Source: Proteobacteria bacterium UBA5122 (GTDB lineage Bacteria > Pseudomonadota > Gammaproteobacteria > Tenderiales > Tenderiaceae). Taken from it: a DNA stretch of 64,000 bases. The DNA is taken from the NCBI GenBank assembly GCA_002415485.1, contig DHYU01000071.1, positions 389 through 64,388 of the forward strand, given 5' to 3'. Shown piece by piece: positions 19,613 to 28,977 of this stretch; the stretch's first letter is position 1, and each line of letters begins with the position of its first letter. The notes beneath the pieces were generated by a model. The model was not told the origin of the DNA, ran no database searches, and worked only from the letters and a program-made list of their open reading frames with translations. Both the position numbers and the translations under genes were made by a program.

Positions 19613-19775
19613 CTTGCCGCCTATCCACCTTATAAGCCTATTAACTGTTATTAAACCACCCTTATTTTTCAAGCACTTATTTTAGCCAGATATTAATATG
19701 GTTTTGGATATACGGCATGGGCCGCTGATCTTTTGGCAATATTCGCACATTGACCGATTCCGCTCTTGATTTAAA

Positions 19776-19791
19776 CTGTACATACATACAG
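19776..19791. promoter_or_regulatory. LexA (SOS) box upstream of intI
   Basis: CTGTACATACATACAG fits CTGT-N8-ACAG exactly, 21 nt upstream of the intI ATG and overlapping a possible TTGATT/-10 promoter. Confidence 0.75.
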
Positions 19792-19811
19792 TTAGTGAGA
19801 GAGATTGAATT

Positions 19812-20819
19812 ATGGAAGATATTCCTAAGATGATTCCGTCACCTCCGGTCAAGCTATTGGATCGTTTAAGATTTTTTATCCGTTCTCAGGATTTGACATA
19901 TAAGACTGAACAAACTTATGTGGCATGGATCGCCCAATTCATTCGCTTTCATAACATGCGTCATCCAGAACAGATGGGAGCTCCTGACGTAACCGCCTTT
20001 TTGAATCATTTATCTTTAAATCGTAATGTTGCTAAAAACACTCAGCGTACTGCACTAAACGCGCTCGTATTTTTTTATAAAAAATTCTTACATCGTGATT
20101 TAGGTGATTTGAATATTCGTTACGCCAGTCGCCAACAACGTATTCCCGTCGTGTTCACACACGAAGAAGCGAGCGCTGTGATCAATAATCTTTCCGCTCC
20201 ATATCAACTAATGGCTAAATTGATGTATGGCAGTGGGCTGCGTTTAAGCGAATGTATTAAATTAAGAGTAATGGACGTAGATTTCGGCATGTCTAATCTA
20301 TTGGTTAGGAATGGCAAAGGAAATAAAGACCGCCGCACCGTGTTACCTCAGTCTGTCGTGGAGCCTCTTCAAGTACAGATTGAGCTTGTTAAACGCCTCC
20401 ATAATTTTGACATGGGCAATGGTCATGGCAGCGTATATCTGCCGAATGCCTTAGCCCGAAAATATCCCAGTGCTCCATTTCAACTAGGCTGGAAGTTTGT
20501 CTTTCCCGCAGCCAATGTTGCAAAAGATCCGCGTAGCGAAACCATTCGGCGCCACCACGTGATGGACTCGTCTGTACAACGCAATATTAAAAAGGCGATA
20601 CGGGATGCCAACATTTCCAAGCATTGTGGTTCTCACACCTTTCGCCATAGTTTCGCCACACGCTTGCTGGAGCAGGGCTACGATATTCGTACCATTCAGG
20701 AGCTACTTGGGCATTCAGATGTTAAGACAACCGAAATCTATACCCATGTAGTTAATCGAGGAGGCAAAGGTGTAATCAGCCCTGTGGATAGTCACCCGCC
20801 GACTATGACTTATCGTTAG
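19812..20819 (+). CDS. intI: Integron integrase
   Basis: Tyrosine recombinase boxes (GLRLSECIKLRV; HTFRHSFATRLLEQGYDIRTIQELLGHSDVKTTEIYTHV) plus the IntI-specific insertion LPNALARKYPSAPFQLGWKFVFPA. Confidence 0.92.
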   Translation: MEDIPKMIPSPPVKLLDRLRFFIRSQDLTYKTEQTYVAWIAQFIRFHNMRHPEQMGAPDVTAFLNHLSLNRNVAKNTQRTALNALVFFYKKFLHRDLGDLNIRYASRQQRIPVVFTHEEASAVINNLSAPYQLMAKLMYGSGLRLSECIKLRVMDVDFGMSNLLVRNGKGNKDRRTVLPQSVVEPLQVQIELVKRLHNFDMGNGHGSVYLPNALARKYPSAPFQLGWKFVFPAANVAKDPRSETIRRHHVMDSSVQRNIKKAIRDANISKHCGSHTFRHSFATRLLEQGYDIRTIQELLGHSDVKTTEIYTHVVNRGGKGVISPVDSHPPTMTYR

Positions 20820-20862
20820 CTCATCCACCTTTAACTTTTGGATGATCATTAATGACAGATGC

Positions 20863-20894
20863 AAAAAACCGGGCCTGGGCCCGGTCTTCTTTTT
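20863..20894. terminator. Bidirectional rho-independent terminator (intI / yhcB)
   Basis: A6-ACCGGG-cctggg-CCCGGT followed by a T-rich run, between convergent genes. Confidence 0.8.
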
Positions 20895-20910
20895 CTAAGC
20901 AGCGATGCAC

Positions 20911-21420
20911 TTAGTGTATGGTGCGTGCGGCATCGCTACGATCGGATGTTTCTTTTTCGGCGCTGACGTTTGGCGCGACTGATTCTGTCTTTTCATCCGC
21001 CTTGCTTTGGGTTTCAGTTTCAGCAGGTGCCGTTTTTTTTTCTGCTACCGTTGGCGCAGGCTTCACGGTTTCTTCCGCATGATGTTTGGCGCTGCCTTCG
21101 AGTACGGCCTTGCCATCGTCTGCGGTGAGGCTGCGAATTTGCGGTACGCTGCTGTCGCACAGTTGTTGTGCGCCACCTGCCAGGTGTTGGTAGAGGTCGC
21201 GGTAGTCTGAGGTCATTTTGTTGAACAATTCGGCGGTTTGGCCAAAGTGCTCACCCACCTGCTTGCGATACGCATCCATATCGACCTTGGCCTGCTCCAG
21301 GTCGCCCTGTAGTTGTTTGATTTTGTCGCCGGAGTCGTCTTTGTTGCGCCCCATAAAAATGCCGCAACCGAGGCCTATGCCGAATAGGGCCACGAGCACT
21401 ATTGCCATCCACGGATCCAT
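20911..21420 (-). CDS. yhcB: YhcB/ZapG (DUF1043) inner-membrane protein
   Basis: N-terminal TM, coiled coil, and HFGQTAELFNKMTSDYRDLYQHLA, matching E. coli YhcB (HFARSAELLDTMAHDYRQLYQHMA). Confidence 0.8.
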   Translation of the reverse strand: MDPWMAIVLVALFGIGLGCGIFMGRNKDDSGDKIKQLQGDLEQAKVDMDAYRKQVGEHFGQTAELFNKMTSDYRDLYQHLAGGAQQLCDSSVPQIRSLTADDGKAVLEGSAKHHAEETVKPAPTVAEKKTAPAETETQSKADEKTESVAPNVSAEKETSDRSDAARTIH

Positions 21421-21644
21421 AGTTCTTCCCCCTCTGCTTGATCCAAATTTCCTGAGCTGGCTGCCAGAGTATGCCTCTGCCGATTGATGGTCAAGCCAGG
21501 GCCTTCGCGGCCGATGACATTTGAGTAGATTGTCTATATGTTCACGAGGGAGGCGGTCTACAGCCGAGCGCTGTCGTTGAGACCGCCAAGGGTGGCCATG
21601 CCTCGGCTAACATACTGATTCACGGAAGGTAATTAGACTCATAA

Positions 21645-23204
21645 ATGGGCACCAAAGACCAAACCATCAAAGAAATCTTCGCCAAAATGGATAAGCTGGG
21701 CGACCTGCCGGTGTTCAGCGCCTCGGTTAACCACATCTGTTCGATGAGCAATGACCCCGACGCCGATGCGATGGAGCTGTCGCAAGAGGTGTTGAAGGAT
21801 GCCAATCTCAGTGTGAAGCTGCTACGCCTCTCGAATTCGCCGTTCTATAACCGCAGCATGACCAAGGTAAATGTCATCTCACGGGCGGTGGTGTTATTGG
21901 GCTTTGATACGGTCAAGAATCTGAGCCTGACCATGAAGCTGATCGAGAGCTTCCAGCACGAACACCCCGGTATCGATATGGACCGGCTGCTGGTCAAGGC
22001 CTACATCACCGCCGGCTTTGTGCGCCAGCTGGCGATGAAGTGCGACATCAAGGATGCGGAGCAGACCTACACCTGCGCGCTGCTGCACAATCTGGGCGAG
22101 ATTGCAGTGGCCTATTTTCTGCCGGACCGTTACATCGAGATCGAAGGGCTCAAAAAAGAAGGCAATATGGCGCCGATCGATTGTGAAACGGCCGTGCTGG
22201 GTGGCAGCATTGTCTCCATCGGCAAGGAGCTGGCAACTGCCTGGGAATTCGCCCCCCAGGTGACGGCGACACTGTCATCCGAACTGGAACCGATCAAAAG
22301 CCAGATCACCAAACCGCTGGAGCTGAACAAGGCCCTGGCGTCGCTGGGCAACCGCATTGTCGATGCGCTCTACAGCGACAACCCGACCCAGCAGGAAATG
22401 CGCGAGATCATGGGCGATCTCGCCACTGCGACCGGCACTGACCTGGCCGAGGTCGAACGCTCACTGACGACATCCTTCAAGATGTCCTGCGAGCTGGCCA
22501 AAGAATACGGCCTGCCAAAGAAGAAACTCGCGCCGCTGGTCAAAGAGACCGGCGACGAAAGCCGCGACAAACTGGCGCGCACCTTTTCGTTCTTTGCCAA
22601 CAACCAAAACATCGATCAAGCCCCTCCACCACCTGCCGCCGCAGAGGCTGCGCCCGCAACCGCACCCGCAGAAGTAGCCGCGAGCGGGCCGCGCTTTGAT
22701 CCGATGTTGCAGCTGCAATACATCCAGGAGGTGACCGCGCTGATCACCGATGGCGCCAAGCTCAACACCGTTCTGATCAAAATATTCGAAGGCATCAACG
22801 TGGCGATGGGCTTTGAACGGGTGGTGCTGGCGCTACTGGGGCGTGAACGCAAGGACTACATGGGCCGCATCGCGATCGGCACCGATAAAGAAGAAATGAA
22901 GGCCTTCTTCAGCCGCCCCCTCAAACCGGATACCGACATCTTTTCGCGCATCACGCTGGAGGGGGTGGACCTGCTGGTGGAGGATGTGAACGATCCCCGC
23001 TGGGAGAAGGTCATCCCGCCGAAGTATGCCGCACAGGTAGGGGCCAAGGGCTTTATCATGGCCGCGATCAAGACCGGCGCCAAACCCATCGGCTTTGTCT
23101 ATGCCGACAAGGGCCGCTCACCGGAAAAGATTTTGCCGGAACAACACCGCGGCTTCATCCAGTTCATTGCCCAGGCACGCCTGGCCTTACTGACCTGCCG
23201 CTAA
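21645..23204 (+). CDS. HDOD domain signalling protein with C-terminal GAF-like domain
   Basis: LPVFSASVNHI..., LSVKLLRLSNSPFY, AVVLLGFDTVKNL and ALLHNLGEIAV are HDOD motifs. A Pro/Ala linker is followed by a GAF-like C-terminus. Confidence 0.75.
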   Translation: MGTKDQTIKEIFAKMDKLGDLPVFSASVNHICSMSNDPDADAMELSQEVLKDANLSVKLLRLSNSPFYNRSMTKVNVISRAVVLLGFDTVKNLSLTMKLIESFQHEHPGIDMDRLLVKAYITAGFVRQLAMKCDIKDAEQTYTCALLHNLGEIAVAYFLPDRYIEIEGLKKEGNMAPIDCETAVLGGSIVSIGKELATAWEFAPQVTATLSSELEPIKSQITKPLELNKALASLGNRIVDALYSDNPTQQEMREIMGDLATATGTDLAEVERSLTTSFKMSCELAKEYGLPKKKLAPLVKETGDESRDKLARTFSFFANNQNIDQAPPPPAAAEAAPATAPAEVAASGPRFDPMLQLQYIQEVTALITDGAKLNTVLIKIFEGINVAMGFERVVLALLGRERKDYMGRIAIGTDKEEMKAFFSRPLKPDTDIFSRITLEGVDLLVEDVNDPRWEKVIPPKYAAQVGAKGFIMAAIKTGAKPIGFVYADKGRSPEKILPEQHRGFIQFIAQARLALLTCR

Positions 23205-23207
23205 GAC

Positions 23208-24005
23208 CTATTCCAACACCTCAACCGACATGCCGACGGCGATCTCACCCTCGCCATCGGCGATCACGTTCTGCCCGAAAAAGACCTGATTGCCACGCTT
23301 ACGGAACGTCGCCAGGGTCCGTGCCGGTTCCTTGCCCGCCTCGGCGGTGGCAGGATCGATATTCGGAATGATGCAGCGGCTGCACGGCTTCACCACCCGC
23401 AGCTCCAGCTCGCCTATACGCAATCGTTTCCAGCCATCCTCGGCGAACGGCTCACAGCCCGTGACCACCAGATTGGGGCGGAAGCGGCTCATCGGCAATG
23501 GCGCGACCATGCGGCTGTTCAGCTCATCGAGTGAGGCCTGTGAGATCAACAAAATCGGAAAACCATCGCTGAAGGCGGTGCGATCACCGGGCCGGCCATA
23601 GGTCTGATCGACCACACGTTCACGGCGCTCATCGAAATACACCAGCCGGCACGGCTGCTGCAAAAACTCGCCCAACCAGGCGGCGGCCTCATCACCGGCA
23701 TCGAGGCCATCGACGCGATCGCCCCACACCTGCACCTCGCGCACTGCCAGCGATGACGGCCGCGCCACCGACAGCGGCGCCATGCCCGGCGCCGACAGTT
23801 GCAGGCCATCACCATGGAGCTGCGCCATCACCAGGCACATACGCGCAATGCGGCGCTGCGTCAGGAATTCACCGCCCTCGTCGACCACCATCCAGCGTCG
23901 ATCGTGGGCCAGCCCCATCGCCTCCACCCGCGCCCGCGGCAGGTCCAGCCCCGCCAGGGATTTGACCGGATAGATCGACAAACCACTTACCACCAACCCT
24001 GTCAT
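23208..24005 (-). CDS. MOSC domain protein (YcbX-like)
   Basis: LSIYPVKSLAG...AHDRRWMVVD (MOSC_N) and RFRPNLVV...KPCSRCIIPNIDP (MOSC). Internal Met start chosen. Confidence 0.8.
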   Translation of the reverse strand: MTGLVVSGLSIYPVKSLAGLDLPRARVEAMGLAHDRRWMVVDEGGEFLTQRRIARMCLVMAQLHGDGLQLSAPGMAPLSVARPSSLAVREVQVWGDRVDGLDAGDEAAAWLGEFLQQPCRLVYFDERRERVVDQTYGRPGDRTAFSDGFPILLISQASLDELNSRMVAPLPMSRFRPNLVVTGCEPFAEDGWKRLRIGELELRVVKPCSRCIIPNIDPATAEAGKEPARTLATFRKRGNQVFFGQNVIADGEGEIAVGMSVEVLE

Positions 24006-24074
24006 GACACCCCCCCAAACAAAAACAGCGCCCAGACTAACCAAGCAGTCTGGGCACTGTAAAGGTGTGACGCC

Positions 24075-25445
24075 TTATTTGATGATGCGGTAACAGGGGC
24101 TGTATTTCGCCCCCGGCAACTTCATGCGCTGACGGGCAACGAACGAGGCCAGTAGCGTATCGAGCGACTCCATGATCTTCTTGTCACCCCTGATCTCGAA
24201 CAGGCCATGCTCCTCTATGGACTGAATGCCATCGGCCTTTACGTTACCGGCGACGATACCGGAGAAGGCGCGGCGCAGGTTGGCCGCCAGGAGATGCACC
24301 TCCTGGTCCTTATGTAATGCCAGATTGGCCATGTTTTCGTGCGTGGGGTGAAACGGCTGCTGGAATTCACGTTCGATCTTCAGGATCCAGTTGAAGTAAT
24401 AGGCATCACTGGTCGAACGGCGGAACTGGCGCACCTCATCGATACCGGCCTTGATCTCACGCGCCACAGCGGCGGGATCATCGACGATGATGCGATAACG
24501 CTTTTGCGCCTCTGCACCGAGCGTGGCAGCGATGAACTGATTGATCTCATCGAAATACTGGGCCGAGCTGGCCGGGCCGGTGAGGATCAAGGGGAACGGC
24601 ATGTCGGCATTGTCCGGATGCAGCAGGATGCCGAGGATATAGAGGATCTCCTCCGCCGTGCCTGCACCGCCGGGGAAGACCACGATGCCGTGACCGGTGC
24701 GGACAAAGGCCTCGAGCCGCTTTTCGATATCCGGCAGGATCACCAGGTTGTTGACGATGGGGTTAGGCGATTCGGCGGCGATGATGCCCGGCTCCGACAG
24801 GCCGATGTAACGGCCATCGCCGATCCGCTGCTTGGCATGACCGATGGTCGCGCCCTTCATCGGCCCCTTCATCGCGCCCGGCCCGCAGCCGGTGCAGATA
24901 TCCAGGCCGCGCAGCCCCATCTCGTGGCCGACCTCCTTGGTGTAATCATATTCTTCGCGGGCGATGGAATGACCGCCCCAGCACACGACCAGATTCGGGT
25001 TGGGGCTCGGCTCCAACACGGCCGCATTGCGCAGGATGTGGAACACCGCGTCGGTGATGCCGTCGCTGCTGTCCATATCAAACTTGCAGGTGTTCTCGAT
25101 CTCGTTATTTACATAAACGATATCGCGCAGCACCGTGAACAGATGCTCGTTGATACCCTTGATCATCTTGCCGTCGACAAAGGCATGGGCCGGCGCGTTT
25201 TTCACCTCGAGCTTGATGCCACGCTCCTGCTGAATCACGCGGATATCAAAATCCCTGTAGCGCTCCAGCAACTGTTTGCCATCATCCAGGCTGCTGCCAC
25301 AGTTGAGCACCGCCAGCGAGCAGTTGCGAAAGATTCGATAGAGGCCGCTCTGACTGGTATCGAGCAGGGCCGCCACCTCCCCTTGAGACAGAATATCGAG
25401 TTTGCCCTCGGGCGTGATCCGCGCATCCATTACGTTATAAGCCAT
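24075..25445 (-). CDS. ppnN: Nucleotide 5'-monophosphate nucleosidase PpnN (YgdH, LOG family)
   Basis: LYRIFRNCSLAVLNCGS...FDIRVIQQERGIKLEV and PGGAGTAEE parallel E. coli PpnN. Start at MAYNVMD. Confidence 0.85.
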   Translation of the reverse strand: MAYNVMDARITPEGKLDILSQGEVAALLDTSQSGLYRIFRNCSLAVLNCGSSLDDGKQLLERYRDFDIRVIQQERGIKLEVKNAPAHAFVDGKMIKGINEHLFTVLRDIVYVNNEIENTCKFDMDSSDGITDAVFHILRNAAVLEPSPNPNLVVCWGGHSIAREEYDYTKEVGHEMGLRGLDICTGCGPGAMKGPMKGATIGHAKQRIGDGRYIGLSEPGIIAAESPNPIVNNLVILPDIEKRLEAFVRTGHGIVVFPGGAGTAEEILYILGILLHPDNADMPFPLILTGPASSAQYFDEINQFIAATLGAEAQKRYRIIVDDPAAVAREIKAGIDEVRQFRRSTSDAYYFNWILKIEREFQQPFHPTHENMANLALHKDQEVHLLAANLRRAFSGIVAGNVKADGIQSIEEHGLFEIRGDKKIMESLDTLLASFVARQRMKLPGAKYSPCYRIIK

Positions 25446-25617
25446 ACAACACCTACCTTCCTGATTCGCTGCGGCCTCATTTCCCCGGCGCCCCCTTGGC
25501 ACGGAACATCACGCGCCTATACCTAAGTATGTCGCGATCACAAATCAAATGGGCCGTATAGTTAGTCTACGGCAACAAAGGCATAATCTTGACCGGGATC
25601 AAACCCCAAAGAAAGGA

Positions 25618-26025
25618 TTATTTCAGGCGAGAGAACAACTTAACGATGGCTTCTTCATTGAGCGGCTTGGCCAGCACCCCTGCCAGCCCCAGCCCGGCGA
25701 CCTCCTGCAACAACTCCTTGGTCAAGGCACCCCCAACCAGCACCACCTGAATATCAGGGAAGGCCTTTTTCACACTGGGGATCAGCTCCTTGAAGTTGAC
25801 CGCAGGCATATCGACATCCACAAACAACACGCCGGTCTTGAGCTGGCGAACCAGGGTCAACAGCTCGCGCAGGTCCGCGGCCTGACCGGCAAACTGCAGA
25901 TTGCGCGCACGCAGGGTGTCTTTCAATTTGGCGACATCGGCTGCATCCACCAAACCAACGATCGCCTGTTTGCGCTTCGGGTCCAAGGTCTTGCCTGACG
26001 TAAAATCAAATTCCTGAATCGGCAT
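25618..26025 (-). CDS. Single-domain response-regulator-like (receiver-like) protein
   Basis: 135 aa with LFVDVDMP and a later VLAKPL pattern typical of CheY-like receivers. The N-terminal acidic pair is not evident. Confidence 0.5.
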   Translation of the reverse strand: MPIQEFDFTSGKTLDPKRKQAIVGLVDAADVAKLKDTLRARNLQFAGQAADLRELLTLVRQLKTGVLFVDVDMPAVNFKELIPSVKKAFPDIQVVLVGGALTKELLQEVAGLGLAGVLAKPLNEEAIVKLFSRLK

Positions 26026-26082
26026 CGTGCCACTCTCAAATAATAATTATCTCTAGCGGTATCGGCCCCTGCTCCCGCTGCT

Positions 26083-27573
26083 TTACCGCCAGGCGCTCAT
26101 CAGTCCCAAACAATACTGATTCAAGGCCTGCGCCCGCTCGGCACTGTCCGCCTCGTTGTAACAGCGCAGCTCCGGTGCATTGCCCGATGGGCGCAGATGC
26201 ACCACCTCGGCGTTATCAAAGGTAATGCGCAGACCATCGGTCCGATCCAGCGCCGCCACCGCGCCCAGGCCCGGAAAGGCGGCGGCGATGGCCTGGGCAT
26301 CGGCTGCCGCATCGCCGCTGTCGAACCCGGCCAGCCGCGCCTGACTCAGCTCGGTCGGAAATTCCTTGAGCCGGTCACTGCTGGTGTAGCGCGGCGGCAA
26401 GGTCGCCAACAGTTCAGAAACACTCTGCCCCGCACGGCGGGCCAGCATCAGGATCGTCAGCGGCACGATCACCGCATCGCGGGTCGGCAGCGCCTTCAAC
26501 ACGCGGTCGCCCAGCCTGATGTCCGAGGCCAGCAGAAAACCACCATTGGCCTCATAACCGACGACCTGCCCCTGACCGAGCATCGCGTTCATCGCCTCGA
26601 TCACAAATGGCGAACCGATGCGCGTGCGCGCCACCTCGCGGAACCAGCCACACTTTTCAACGGCGCTGTTGCTGCTGACCGGCGTCGCCACATGACTGGC
26701 CTGCAGATAACGTGCGCACAACACGCCGGCGACATCACCGCGCAACCACTCGCCGTTTTCGTCGCTGACCAGCGGCCGGTCGCCATCGCCATCCGCCGAG
26801 ATGATCGCATCGAACGACTGCTCCTTGGCCCACTGCGCCGCCAGCGCCACATCCTCCGGCCGGACGGCCTCGGTATCGACCGGGATGAAGGTGTCGGAGC
26901 GGCCGAGCGCGGTCACCGTCGCCCCCAGCGCGGTGAAGATGCGCACCATCAGATCGCGCGCCACCGTTGAATGTTGGTAGACACCGACACGACAGCCCTC
27001 CAGCGAACCGGCACCGAAGAAATCGAGATATCGATGGACATAGGCGTAATCCGCCTCAACGCAGACCTCGGGCAAGGGCTGCGGCGCACGCGCCATGCCC
27101 TGCTCATCAAACAGATCCGGCACGGACACCGTCGCCGCGCTGATCGCCTGCTCATCGGGCTTGAGGATCTCACCGCCGGGCTTGTTGAACTTGATGCCGT
27201 TGCGATCATCCGGGATGTGGCTGCCGGTCACCATCAAACTCGCCAAACCACGGCCCATCGCATAGCTGGCCACGGCTGGGGTCGGGATAAAACCGCAGTT
27301 GATCACATCGCAGCCCACATCGCGGATCGCCATCGCCGCCGCCGCCATGATCCGCGGCGAGCTCGGCCGGAAGTCACCGCCGATCGCCACCGGACAACCG
27401 GTCACGATCTCGCCCTCACGCAGCAGGTGCTCCATAAAGGCACGGGTATAGGCATAACACACACGATCGGTCATCGCCGCCGCCAGGCCACGCGCACCGC
27501 TGGTGCCAAACTTCACACCGCTACGCTCCATCAATTCAGCGATTACCAGCTGAGAACTTTCCATCACCGACAT
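26083..27573 (-). CDS. Phosphomannomutase/phosphoglucomutase family protein
   Basis: FGTSGARG, catalytic loop TGSHIPDDRNGIKF, metal loop ADGDGDR, and C-terminal RPSGNAPELRCY. Confidence 0.85.
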   Translation of the reverse strand: MSVMESSQLVIAELMERSGVKFGTSGARGLAAAMTDRVCYAYTRAFMEHLLREGEIVTGCPVAIGGDFRPSSPRIMAAAAMAIRDVGCDVINCGFIPTPAVASYAMGRGLASLMVTGSHIPDDRNGIKFNKPGGEILKPDEQAISAATVSVPDLFDEQGMARAPQPLPEVCVEADYAYVHRYLDFFGAGSLEGCRVGVYQHSTVARDLMVRIFTALGATVTALGRSDTFIPVDTEAVRPEDVALAAQWAKEQSFDAIISADGDGDRPLVSDENGEWLRGDVAGVLCARYLQASHVATPVSSNSAVEKCGWFREVARTRIGSPFVIEAMNAMLGQGQVVGYEANGGFLLASDIRLGDRVLKALPTRDAVIVPLTILMLARRAGQSVSELLATLPPRYTSSDRLKEFPTELSQARLAGFDSGDAAADAQAIAAAFPGLGAVAALDRTDGLRITFDNAEVVHLRPSGNAPELRCYNEADSAERAQALNQYCLGLMSAWR

Positions 27574-27691
27574 GAGTCACACATTCCTAATATAGACAGA
27601 TCGATCGAGTATAACGAAAAGCCCATGCCCAGACAGCCACAGCGATGGTAAGATGAGGCGCTTTGCACAGCCCACCAACAAAAGACCAGCA

Positions 27692-28402
27692 ATGAATATC
27701 AACGACTATTTCAGCAGCAACGGCAACACCATTCACTTCAGCCGCCAACAGGGAAGCTGCTTTGCCAAGGAAATCGCCGGCGACTTCAACCCGATCCACG
27801 ACGAAAGCAACAAACGCTTTTGTGTGCCCGGCGACCTGCTGTTCTCAGTAGCCCTGAGCAAACTCGGCCTCAACCAACAGATGAACGTGGTCTTCTCCGG
27901 CATGGTCGGCGACGGCGTACAACTCAACATCCCCAACAGCGATGCGCCACAACTCGATATCGTAGACGACAAACAAAAGACCTACCTCAGCATCGAACGC
28001 AGCGGCGCCCATAGCGACAACGCGCAACTGATCAAAAACCTGACGCTGGCCTACGTGCAATTCTCCGGCCAGACCTTCCCTCACCTGCTGGTGCCGCTGA
28101 TGCAGCAACACGAGGTGATGATCAACCCCGAGCGGCCACTGGTCATCTACGAAAGCATGAGTATCGAAATGGAACGGCTAGATGTAGAAGACATCCGCCT
28201 CGCCACCGACTCCACCAGCCTCGACGTAGACGGCAAACGCGGCAACGCACATCTCAAATTCAAACTGATCAGCAACGGCGAAACCGTCGGCACCGGCAGC
28301 AAACGCCTCGTGCTCAGCGGCCTGCGCGGTTACGAACAAGACAAGATCGATGAACTATGCGCCGCCTATGCGCAGTGGAAGGATAATTATCAGGCGGCCT
28401 GA
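27692..28402 (+). CDS. DUF3581 family protein
   Basis: FSRQQGSCFAKEIAGDFNPIHDESNKRFCVPGDLLF matches the recalled DUF3581 N-terminus. An alternative start is at 27653. Confidence 0.6.
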   Translation: MNINDYFSSNGNTIHFSRQQGSCFAKEIAGDFNPIHDESNKRFCVPGDLLFSVALSKLGLNQQMNVVFSGMVGDGVQLNIPNSDAPQLDIVDDKQKTYLSIERSGAHSDNAQLIKNLTLAYVQFSGQTFPHLLVPLMQQHEVMINPERPLVIYESMSIEMERLDVEDIRLATDSTSLDVDGKRGNAHLKFKLISNGETVGTGSKRLVLSGLRGYEQDKIDELCAAYAQWKDNYQAA

Positions 28403-28415
28403 CAGGGAACCGACA

Positions 28416-28967
28416 TCACCCCCTACCCAAGGTCTGATACAAACCCGCGACTGAACCCGACAACATCTCTATCCAGCCGTAGTATTCATCATCGTCCATC
28501 TCCATCTCTTCTTCGCTGTGCAGCAAGGCCAGCGTGGCGATGGGGGCCAATAATTCTTCCTGCGCCTTGCTCAGGCCACTCCATTCCTTTTCATGATGGG
28601 TCACGGCGAGCATGAAACCAAAACACCAGCCTTCATAGACCTCGATCACCTCGTCCTCTTCACCCTCTTCTTCCACTACCAGTGGTTCAAAGGGCACGCC
28701 TGAACGCAACATCTCTTCGATATCTTCATACAGCTTGCGCATCAACACGGTCATGCGTTCGCCCTGGGCCGCATCGGCAAACGCGGGTTCGCCCCACACC
28801 GATTCCAGCCATTCGCCTTCGGGCACCGGTGCGCCACTGAGGATCAGCGCCGTTAAATAACCATGCGCTTCGTCGATCGACAGACTATCGTGCTCCCCGG
28901 ATAACAAAAACTCATCCAGTTCGGCGAGCTCGTCATCTGACAATATCGATTGGTAGCTGGGCGCCAT
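28416..28967 (-). CDS. UPF0149 (YgfB/YecA-N-like) family protein
   Basis: LSDDELAELDEFLLS...SIDEAHGYLTALILSG and a very acidic C-terminus. Confidence 0.7.
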   Translation of the reverse strand: MAPSYQSILSDDELAELDEFLLSGEHDSLSIDEAHGYLTALILSGAPVPEGEWLESVWGEPAFADAAQGERMTVLMRKLYEDIEEMLRSGVPFEPLVVEEEGEEDEVIEVYEGWCFGFMLAVTHHEKEWSGLSKAQEELLAPIATLALLHSEEEMEMDDDEYYGWIEMLSGSVAGLYQTLGRG

Positions 28968-28977
28968 GATCTTTCTC

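Larger units (their letters stand above)
16337..20819. mobile_element. Chromosomal integron: intI, attI and a five-cassette array on the minus strand
   Basis: An integron-type tyrosine recombinase is divergent from five AT-richer ORFs. The ORFs are separated by imperfect palindromes bounded by RYYYAAC-like and GTTRRRY cores. For 4 of 5 cassettes the first 7 nt are the exact complement of the core at their own 3' end. Confidence 0.85.

Noticed and set aside
21421-21644. The GGCGGTCT...AGACCGCC hairpin upstream of the HDOD gene as a regulatory RNA.
   Set aside because: It is a single modest stem with no promoter or terminator context that I could define. Evidence is insufficient.
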